The notes beneath the pieces are model-generated. The model ran no database searches. It had not been told where the DNA came from and was given only the letters and a program-made list of their open reading frames with translations. Below are positions 57,116 through 64,000 of a stretch of DNA of 64,000 bases, one piece after another. A program made the position numbers and the translations under genes. The stretch is from a bacterium (lineage in GTDB: Bacteria > Hinthialibacterota > Hinthialibacteria > Hinthialibacterales > Hinthialibacteraceae): contig CAXXMV010000006.1 in assembly GCA_963662285.2 (NCBI GenBank), positions 1,216,001-1,280,000 of the forward strand. Direction: 5' to 3'. Every line of letters starts with the position of its first letter. Position 1 is the first letter of the stretch.

Positions 57116-57201
57116 GCGAGAGTGGCGGAATTGGTAGACGCGCTAGACTTAGGATCTAGTGGCCCTTGGTCGTGAGAGTTCGAGTCTCTCCTTTCGCACC
57201 A
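57116..57201 (+). tRNA. tRNA-Leu(TAG)
   Basis: GCGAGAG/CTTTCGC acceptor stem, GGAATTGGTAGAC D-loop, CTAGA-CTTAGGA-TCTAG anticodon arm, long variable arm, GTTCGAGT T-loop and encoded CCA. Confidence 0.96.
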
Positions 57202-57333
57202 TTGATTTTACTTGACTTACGAACAACAATCCCCTCTACGATAATCACCGAAATGTTGATTGGTTACCATGTCTTGATGAATAATACTGATTTATTGAGA
57301 TCACAGAAGAAATTAACCTTAAAAACTAATCTC

Positions 57334-57371
57334 GCCGCCGGGAACTAACTGTTTCTCGGCGGCTGGTTTTT
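57334..57371 (+). terminator. Probable terminator after the tRNA
   Basis: GCCGCCGGGAAC...GTTTCTCGGCGGC followed by TGGTTTTT. Confidence 0.65.
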
Positions 57372-57432
57372 CATTGTTGGTGATTTAACTCAGAAAGCGT
57401 AATATCAAAGCAACGCAATAAACAAAATGCAT

Positions 57433-58071
57433 CTACAAAGATTTTATGATAGCGGCGTTGATTTGATCAAATTTATCGATGATGCGGTCCGCCTGGTGGA
57501 GTTTATCGCGGGAGAAAGTTGTTGTGATGGCTATGGCGTACATGTTAGCGGCTTTGGCTGCACGTACTCCATTGACGGAGTCTTCGATGACTACGCATTG
57601 GCCTGGATCGACGGAGAGATTGCTGGCCGCTTTTAGGAAGCCTTGGGGGTGCGGTTTGCTTTTGGTGACGTCGCTGGCGCTGATCATGGCGCCGAACGTG
57701 GTTTTCAGGTTGAATTTATCAAGCACGAAATGCATGCTGCGTTCCTGGCCGCTGGTGGCAATGGCGAGTTTTAAGCCATTCAGCCTCAGGTCTTCGATGA
57801 ATGTAAGTACTCCGGGAATGGGTTCTACATCATGCATTAGTTGATAGAAATTTTGATCTTTATGCTCAAAAAGCAAATCCCAGTCTGGGTGGAAATCATA
57901 TTTTTCCGAGATGCCTTTTATGAAAGCATTGCGGGTGGCGCCGGACAGAAAACTTAAGTCTTTATTCTCTATTATCAGGCCATGTTTGGCTAAAGCGTCT
58001 AATTCAGTTTTTTGGTGGATCGGTTCGCTGTTGATAATTACGCCGTCCATATCGAAAATTACTGCTTGCAT
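57433..58071 (-). CDS. HAD family phosphatase (beta-phosphoglucomutase/CbbY-like)
   Basis: VIFDMDGV (DxD), IATS, KPHP and VIEDSVNG. Start taken at MQAVIF (58071). Confidence 0.88.
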   Translation of the reverse strand: MQAVIFDMDGVIINSEPIHQKTELDALAKHGLIIENKDLSFLSGATRNAFIKGISEKYDFHPDWDLLFEHKDQNFYQLMHDVEPIPGVLTFIEDLRLNGLKLAIATSGQERSMHFVLDKFNLKTTFGAMISASDVTKSKPHPQGFLKAASNLSVDPGQCVVIEDSVNGVRAAKAANMYAIAITTTFSRDKLHQADRIIDKFDQINAAIIKSL

Positions 58072-58189
58072 GATGTCAGGATTGAAACCTCCGTTGTAAG
58101 CCGCTCTAGAAAATACAAAGCGATGGCGCGATATTGCACGCCACCGCTGGTATAAACACAATACATCGTTTTAGTAAATTAAGCGATGA

Positions 58190-59065
58190 TTAACTTAAGC
58201 CCCAGGATTTCATATTACGGATGCTCATGGCAACGCTTTCGAATGGATCGCGTTGGCAACTATCCTGTTCGACGATGCAGTATTGGGCTTTGGCTTTTTT
58301 GCAGGCTCGGAGGATGGCAGGCCAGTTCAGGTTTCCTTCGCCTACTTCAGCGAATACCTGTCCTTTGTCGGTCATAACCATATCTTTCATGTGAACCGTA
58401 GGAGCGCGTCCGGCGACCTGATTAATAAAACTGGCTGGATCAGCGCCGCCATGCTGCACCCAATAAGTATCGATCTCGAAATTAAAAAGTTTTGGATCAC
58501 TCTCAGTAATCAGGATTTCCAGGCCGGTGCGGCCATTGTATTTGATGAATTCGAAACTGTGATTGTGATAACCCAGAGTCATTCCCGCTTCAGCCAGTTT
58601 GGCGCCTGCTTCGCTCATAAGTTTGGCGAATTTCATATAACCCTCGTCGCTACGGAACTCGCCCGGCATACTGCTGACCACGACATGGCTATTGCCGATG
58701 GCTTTATTCTGGTCGACGACCGCTTGAACGTCGCCTGAAATACCTTCCCAACCAGTATGCGCTGAGACGGCTTGCAGTTCGTTCTGTTTAAGGAGTTTCG
58801 ATAGCTCGGCTGGAGAAACGGCCTCGCAACTGGTGATCTCCACGCAGTCATAACCGATTTTCTTGATTTTTTCAAATGACCTGGCGATATCATCAGGAGT
58901 CTTGAGATAATCGCGCAGGGTATAAAGGATAAGCCCGATCTTGCAACTTGTTTTTTTGACTTTATCTTTTTGGGCTGAAGCCAATGACGATGCTCCCATA
59001 TTCAAAGCCACCGCCCCCGTTAATCCTGTTCCTATAAAATGACGCCGGTTTAATTGTTTTCCCAT
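58190..59065 (-). CDS. Tat-exported sugar phosphate isomerase/epimerase (TIM barrel)
   Basis: NRRHFI signal, LYTLRD, GYHNHSFEF, EIDTYWVQHGG, HMKD and IVEQD. Confidence 0.88.
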   Translation of the reverse strand: MGKQLNRRHFIGTGLTGAVALNMGASSLASAQKDKVKKTSCKIGLILYTLRDYLKTPDDIARSFEKIKKIGYDCVEITSCEAVSPAELSKLLKQNELQAVSAHTGWEGISGDVQAVVDQNKAIGNSHVVVSSMPGEFRSDEGYMKFAKLMSEAGAKLAEAGMTLGYHNHSFEFIKYNGRTGLEILITESDPKLFNFEIDTYWVQHGGADPASFINQVAGRAPTVHMKDMVMTDKGQVFAEVGEGNLNWPAILRACKKAKAQYCIVEQDSCQRDPFESVAMSIRNMKSWGLS

Positions 59066-59162
59066 TTTGGTATACCTCTTTTTAGTGGTGTCTCTTATTG
59101 GATTATAACATTTTTTCTTACGCCTTCAGAGGCCGAAGGTGGAATATCTCGAGGGTTAGATG

Positions 59163-59218
59163 CAATCGTACGTAGTAGCATCAAGGGCTGACCGCATTGC
59201 AGTCTTTCCCTTGGCGCC
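59163..59218 (+). repeat. CAAGGGC-hairpin repeat (copy A1)
   Basis: CAATCGTA-N9-ATCAAGGGCTGACCGCATTGCAGTCTTTCCCTTGGCGCC; partner copy at 61284-61339. Confidence 0.75.
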
Positions 59219-59307
59219 GCTTATCACTTATGATATTAGTATAGCTCAAGGGATGTTTTTGCCTTGCTCTAATCACCCGTTGTTGAATAAATTGTTAGGA
59301 AAACATC

Positions 59308-59619
59308 ATGAGTTCATTTCTATCCTCGTTTTCAGATGCGCCAAAAAGACCACTGGTAGAAAATCCATGGTGGAAATATGGATTCCTAATCCTGACTTGT
59401 TTGCTATTGTTTACCAGTATTTATAACCAAATTGATAGCCAAACAAAAAATTATAGCATCATAGTTTGTAGTGCTATGCTCGTTGTAAACCACTTAGCAT
59501 TTTCCTTTAAATACACGCGACAATTAAGAATATTCATGCGTGTGTTAGCTTGGTTATTTATGTTATTTGGTATTGTCTATATTTTCGGTCTATATTTTAT
59601 GCTATTTACAGGCATGTAG
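59308..59619 (+). CDS. Small hypothetical membrane protein (3 TM)
   Basis: 103 aa, three hydrophobic segments, AGGA RBS, AT-rich. Confidence 0.55.
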   Translation: MSSFLSSFSDAPKRPLVENPWWKYGFLILTCLLLFTSIYNQIDSQTKNYSIIVCSAMLVVNHLAFSFKYTRQLRIFMRVLAWLFMLFGIVYIFGLYFMLFTGM

Positions 59620-59624
59620 CACCT

Positions 59625-59673
59625 ATAATGGCTAATCGATTCGGTGGGTTAAAAAGCGCGACATACCCTACGG
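59625..59673. repeat. 49-bp direct repeat B1 (GTAG-REP derived)
   Basis: ATAATGGCTAATCGATTCGGTGGGTTAAAAAGCGCGACATACCCTACGG; 47/49 identical to 61222-61270. Confidence 0.85.
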
Positions 59674-59716
59674 TGCTTAGGTGGTTCGTGGTGGGCTACG
59701 GGGCTATGAGGTGTGA

Positions 59717-61057
59717 ATGATGTTTAAGAAGGCGTACGAAGCAGTGAAGAATAATATTGGCAAGACCGTGATGGGGCTTGGTGTTCTTGGTATGGGGCTT
59801 GGCGCATTGAGCGCGAATGCTTCTGAAGTTATTCGCACCATATATATTGATACCTTTAACAGTGCTGCATATACACAATCTGGTGCTCAGCCGATGAGCA
59901 TTGAGCAGAAGGCTAAAGCGCGTTCAGATTGGGATTCACACTATATTACGATCAAAGATGACACGTTAGAGTACCGGATTGGCTCACCTGATTCAGATCC
60001 GATTGAGACCACATTCTTGCCCAGCCGTGACGAAGATCCGAAAGGAATTGAGCGGCAGAAGATTATTGATGAATACATTGATCTGGCTGAAGATTTAGGC
60101 GGTGTTGAGGTAAAAGCAAAGACCGTCAAGGCAACCTTAGATTTCCCTGATACTATTTATGGAAATGTTTACGATCTTATAACGGGTCAGCCCGTAACTG
60201 ATGGGACCGCCCGATATTTTAATGATGATAATTCTATTAATGAGAGAACGACTTTTGATGGTTCAGGCGAGTATCGCTTTGATATTGTCATGAGCGATCC
60301 ATTGGAAGAAAATCACTTAGCAATTCAAACCCCGGAGGAAATGATGAATGCATATGATCGAACTACCGCTTCAGCAGATTCACCTCAGAGATTCGACGTC
60401 GGCCCAACCGATGAGGGCAATCCGTTCTATTTTTATCCAGGCCTTGCAACCGATATGATGGAGGGCCGGGCGCGATGGGAGTTGCCGGTTCATGTTTATT
60501 TCGGCGATAATCCAACACCTGAGCAATTAGAGAACATCCAGTCTGCAATGGATCGCTTCAACGAGCTCTGGGCGGATCAGATAAGTCCAATGAATGATTA
60601 TATTTCTGCTAATGGACTTGAACATCCTCTTCTGCCTGAAACATTTTTTGTAAGAAGGGAATATGCTAATAATTTTAGTCTTGCAACCAATTTCAATGCT
60701 GTTGAGCATCAGGGATGTAATCTTACTTTTCATCCAGGAGACGAACTTGTCGGAATTAGTGAGAATGCAGATCGAAAAATCGTTCATGCAACTCTTAATT
60801 ATGGTTCAGGCTCAATGGAGCATGCGTTTGGTCATATTGCCGGTGCGTATCACACGGGCAATAATGGGATTGATTACCCGCCGGGAATTACGAGCGCAAT
60901 GAGTCCTTCTGCTGGACTCTTGTCTACATATGATATGCAGGTTTTTGCCGCTTTTTACGCGTGGCCCTTTGACAAGGATAATGTAAGAAACATCAGATTC
61001 TTAACAACCGAGAACGTCGATATCGGAACACCAGTATTAAACTGGATGATGTATTAA
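59717..61057 (+). CDS. Secreted metzincin-like protein lacking the catalytic Glu, with C-terminal WMMY tail
   Basis: Signal peptide (..ANA/SE); GNVYDLITGQPVTDGT carboxypeptidase-regulatory-like domain; HAFGHIAGAYH plus a SAM Met-turn. Confidence 0.6.
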   Translation: MMFKKAYEAVKNNIGKTVMGLGVLGMGLGALSANASEVIRTIYIDTFNSAAYTQSGAQPMSIEQKAKARSDWDSHYITIKDDTLEYRIGSPDSDPIETTFLPSRDEDPKGIERQKIIDEYIDLAEDLGGVEVKAKTVKATLDFPDTIYGNVYDLITGQPVTDGTARYFNDDNSINERTTFDGSGEYRFDIVMSDPLEENHLAIQTPEEMMNAYDRTTASADSPQRFDVGPTDEGNPFYFYPGLATDMMEGRARWELPVHVYFGDNPTPEQLENIQSAMDRFNELWADQISPMNDYISANGLEHPLLPETFFVRREYANNFSLATNFNAVEHQGCNLTFHPGDELVGISENADRKIVHATLNYGSGSMEHAFGHIAGAYHTGNNGIDYPPGITSAMSPSAGLLSTYDMQVFAAFYAWPFDKDNVRNIRFLTTENVDIGTPVLNWMMY

Positions 61058-61221
61058 TTTTTTTTCTATAAAAATTCATTGAGGTGAATTATATTCGAGA
61101 ACAGATTCCCATTAACAATAAAAACAGAATATCTATTGCATTGGAATTGAATACAACCCCCGAATATAATGAAAACCATACAACAACCCTCCATGAATTA
61201 GGCCATTGTTTAATGCTCGCC

Positions 61222-61377
61222 ATAATGGCTAATCGATTCGGTGGGTAAAAAAGCGCGACACACCCTACGGATATGAAAACTCACAATCGTATGTGATTGA
61301 ATCAAGGGATGACCGCATTGCAGTCTTGCCCTTGGCGCCCGCTAATCGATTCGGTGGGTCAAAAAGCGGGACCCACC
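61222..61377. repeat. Repeat cluster B2-A2-B3
   Basis: B2 at 61222-61270, A2 at 61284-61339 and B3 at 61341-61377 (GCTAATCGATTCGGTGGGTCAAAAAGCGGGACCCACC). Confidence 0.8.
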
Positions 61378-61397
61378 ATGCTTTATCTATTGACATT

Positions 61398-63398
61398 TCA
61401 AAAACATCTCTTGAGAAATTCGACAACTTGTTCGGCTCGTTGCTCGACTTTGGCTGTATCAGCTTGCAGGGTTTTGATGAATTCGTTGGTTTCAAAGTCA
61501 CCGCGTACTAAATCAAAATCCAGTTGGCGGTCTTGATCATCTCCATCAGCGCCGAAGCCGATTTGGGATGTTGCGTCAAATTCTTTACGGGAATCTTTTT
61601 CAACCATTTCGCGCAAACGGGCGCAACTGTTCTTCCACTCGGCGATCATGTGTCCCAGGTTATTAAGAGTAATTTCCTGACAAATTGTTCCTAATCTTTG
61701 CTCGATCAGCGAGCAGCACCAGGCCCATTTATCCGCTTCATATTCGCTATGGAGTTTATTGAACTTTTGCTGGATATCCTGGATATTTTTAATTTCTCCA
61801 GATTCGATGGATTGAATAATCTCTTCCACCTTAGGCGCTGGAGCAAGCAAACCGGAGAGGTCGCGCCAGTCGTATAGTTCACTGTTTTCGGTTGGTTTGA
61901 AGATAGACAGTACATCCTCAAACGACGCGTCCTGGTTTAACTGTTCGATCTGATCGACCAGACAGTCTCCGATGAAGATGCGAATAGCCATTTCGTAGTT
62001 GTCGCAGCTGTAATCGATGCGGAAACGGTTGATAACTATTCCCTTATATTTAACATATTCATCCTGATGAGAATCTACGCCGCTCATGGCGCGCAGTTCT
62101 TCAATGCCCTTGATCATTCTTCCTATAGTATATGGTGAGAGCAAATCGAAATTGATCAGGTCAAGCAGATCGGGGTCTTTTCTTCTGTCGCGTTTAGGCC
62201 ATTTCTTGCTGTCACGCATGGTTCCGGCGGTCAGCAGGTTGCGGGAAGGCAGTAGGACGCTTTTTCCCTTATCTTCAAAGAGGTATGAAAAAGGCAGGTT
62301 TGATGAGTCGAACCTGGAATAATGCTTCCCGATTACCACAGTGAACGGACCCGTCTTGCTGGGCCAAAGCAGGTATGAAGAAGAACCCGTCTTGGAACCC
62401 CGTTCCAGGATGCCTTGATGCACCGGTCCCAGTTTATACATGTGGTTGCTCTGATTGGTGCTGCTTCCGGCGTTGAAGAAAGAGTACAGACCGGCGATCA
62501 GCAGCGTCGATTTATGATGCGTCACGGTATAGGGACCGGCGAAGATGGAGCATGCTTCGCCATGATACGCTTCGGAATTGGCGAAGAAGACAGAATTATC
62601 GGCGGAGAACTGTTTACCGATTTTAACGCCCTGGCCGAGGAAGCAATCAGATAAGGTTGAGTGGTCGTCAACGCTTGAACCGGATAGAATGATGAAATTT
62701 TTGGCTACAACTCCATCTCCGATAGTCGTCGGGTCTTCCTGGCAGCTGTTAATTGTTCCATTTTCTAAACGGGTTGCGCCTGATATGTAAGAGTAGTCCG
62801 CGAAATTGACGTTCTGGATTGTTTTACAGTTGGCGATGGTGCAGCGCTGGCCGATTGTCCCGATATCGGATGTTTTGGAATCGGCGTAATAATTGATCAG
62901 GCGATTCAACTCTTTTATCAGTTTTGGTTTATGACGATACAAGACCATCATATACGCAATTTGAGAAGAGAGGCGGTCAAAAATTGTTAAGGTTCGGCCA
63001 CCCCCTTCGTTCAATGCTTCCACTGGATTGCCATTGCCGAAGCTGGAGGTTCCATCAACTATAAGAGTAACCACATTTTCGATTATGGCGTTGCAATGAA
63101 CGTGATAATTGGCGATGGACCGGACATTGTCCAAATATACGTCATCATCAATAGTGCAGTTGTGAATCCTGCTATCGTATAATCCACAGGGCAGCGTCAT
63201 GCCTCCCGGCAGTTTGATATGTCCGGTGAAGGCGCCGACAAGAATGGCTCCGCTGAAATGGATGTTACGGAACCTTGCCGGATCGAAGGGGTCGGATATT
63301 TGGACATTATTCCAGTCACTGCTCGTACAGCCTTTGGCGAGCAGTGACTGGATCTCGGATTCATTGAGCATTCTGTGTTTCATATCGCAATGATCCAT
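61398..63398 (-). CDS. DUF4954 family protein (left-handed beta-helix-like)
   Basis: SFGNG..LNEGGGR, HGEACSIFAGPYTVTHHKSTLLIAG, NAGSSTNQSNHMYKLGPVHQG and KWPKRDRR. Confidence 0.85.
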   Translation of the reverse strand: MDHCDMKHRMLNESEIQSLLAKGCTSSDWNNVQISDPFDPARFRNIHFSGAILVGAFTGHIKLPGGMTLPCGLYDSRIHNCTIDDDVYLDNVRSIANYHVHCNAIIENVVTLIVDGTSSFGNGNPVEALNEGGGRTLTIFDRLSSQIAYMMVLYRHKPKLIKELNRLINYYADSKTSDIGTIGQRCTIANCKTIQNVNFADYSYISGATRLENGTINSCQEDPTTIGDGVVAKNFIILSGSSVDDHSTLSDCFLGQGVKIGKQFSADNSVFFANSEAYHGEACSIFAGPYTVTHHKSTLLIAGLYSFFNAGSSTNQSNHMYKLGPVHQGILERGSKTGSSSYLLWPSKTGPFTVVIGKHYSRFDSSNLPFSYLFEDKGKSVLLPSRNLLTAGTMRDSKKWPKRDRRKDPDLLDLINFDLLSPYTIGRMIKGIEELRAMSGVDSHQDEYVKYKGIVINRFRIDYSCDNYEMAIRIFIGDCLVDQIEQLNQDASFEDVLSIFKPTENSELYDWRDLSGLLAPAPKVEEIIQSIESGEIKNIQDIQQKFNKLHSEYEADKWAWCCSLIEQRLGTICQEITLNNLGHMIAEWKNSCARLREMVEKDSRKEFDATSQIGFGADGDDQDRQLDFDLVRGDFETNEFIKTLQADTAKVEQRAEQVVEFLKRCF

Positions 63399-63414
63399 TT
63401 CTATAATTATTTTA

Positions 63415-64000
63415 TCATAGTTGAGGTAATGCCAGGTTGTCTTGCTCGATGCCTTTGAAATACTTAACTGTTCCCACTTTCAATTCCATGGTGGCTTCTT
63501 CATCGCATACGATTATGGCATGGGGATGAGTTTGCAGCATTGATACTGTCCACATGTGATTGACGCCTTCTTCAACCACTTTTTGCAGGGCGCGGGCTTT
63601 CTTATATCCATTAACGATGATCAGTACTTCCTTGGAATCCATAACTGTTCCAACTCCAACGGTCAATGCTTGAGTGGGAACCTGATTGACGTCATTATCA
63701 AAGAAGCGTGAATTGGCCAGTATGGTGTCATAAGTCAGAGATTTGATTCTTGTGCGGGAAGTCAATGATGAGCCGGGTTCGTTAAAAGCGATATGTCCAT
63801 CAGGTCCAATGCCGCCCATGAAGAAATCTATTCCTCCAGCAGCCTTGATTCTCTCTTCGTATTCGATGCATTCTTTTTTCAGATCAGCGGCATTGCCATT
63901 GAGAATGTTGACGTTCTCTTTGGGGATATCGATGTGAGAGAAAAAGTAATGCCACATAAAGTAATGATAACTCTCGGTATGATCTTCCGGTAAATTTATG
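63415..64000 (-). CDS. nagB: Glucosamine-6-phosphate deaminase (5' end outside the window)
   Basis: Frame is open to the window edge ([15 protein letters not shown]); [26 protein letters not shown] and GVNHMWTVS. Confidence 0.95.
   Translation of the reverse strand, partial: INLPEDHTESYHYFMWHYFFSHIDIPKENVNILNGNAADLKKECIEYEERIKAAGGIDFFMGGIGPDGHIAFNEPGSSLTSRTRIKSLTYDTILANSRFFDNDVNQVPTQALTVGVGTVMDSKEVLIIVNGYKKARALQKVVEEGVNHMWTVSMLQTHPHAIIVCDEEATMELKVGTVKYFKGIEQDNLALPQL

Noticed and set aside
57116-57230. tRNA-Leu as the attachment site of an integrated island
   Set aside because: No integrase and no duplicated tRNA 3' end were seen. The AT-rich modules lie on the 5' side of the tRNA, and the TTGATTTTACTTGACTTA tail alone is insufficient evidence.

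Overview
This 64 kb bacterial chromosomal window has about 50 protein genes, one tRNA-Leu(TAG) and one intact ISL3 element with an 8-bp target duplication. Gene content (many Tat-exported sugar and redox enzymes, DUF1080, PQQ-type propellers, Pro/Thr-linker secreted proteins) suggests a PVC-like or candidate-phylum diderm heterotroph; this lineage call is inference only. Recognisable genes include hpnCDE (squalene synthesis), a tricorn protease, dacB, a BpsA-like polyamine synthase, panE, rpmA, holB and a partial nagB. Six signals are not explained by these annotations. (1) A 1.5 kb hierarchical tandem array of 17 hairpin-bearing units of about 85 bp; its palindromic core also occurs as about 10 solo intergenic copies, alongside GTAG-REP and BoxC-like repeat families. 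(2) An AT-rich, tightly coupled three-gene island (TIGR04255-like, small protein, MazF/PemK-like) that looks like an undescribed toxin or defence module. (3) Two unrelated secreted proteins sharing a terminal T-x(1-2)-[VL]-x-x-W-x-x-Y tail, a candidate sorting signal. (4) A GntR/ABC operon carrying a tandemly duplicated and diverged [permease + PEGA/HEAT membrane protein] module. (5) A repeat-bracketed gene cassette encoding a metzincin-like protein that lacks the catalytic Glu. (6) A PilO-like protein with long Gly-Met tracts behind a T10-GCG-T10 tract. All family assignments come from motif recognition by eye, not from database searches.
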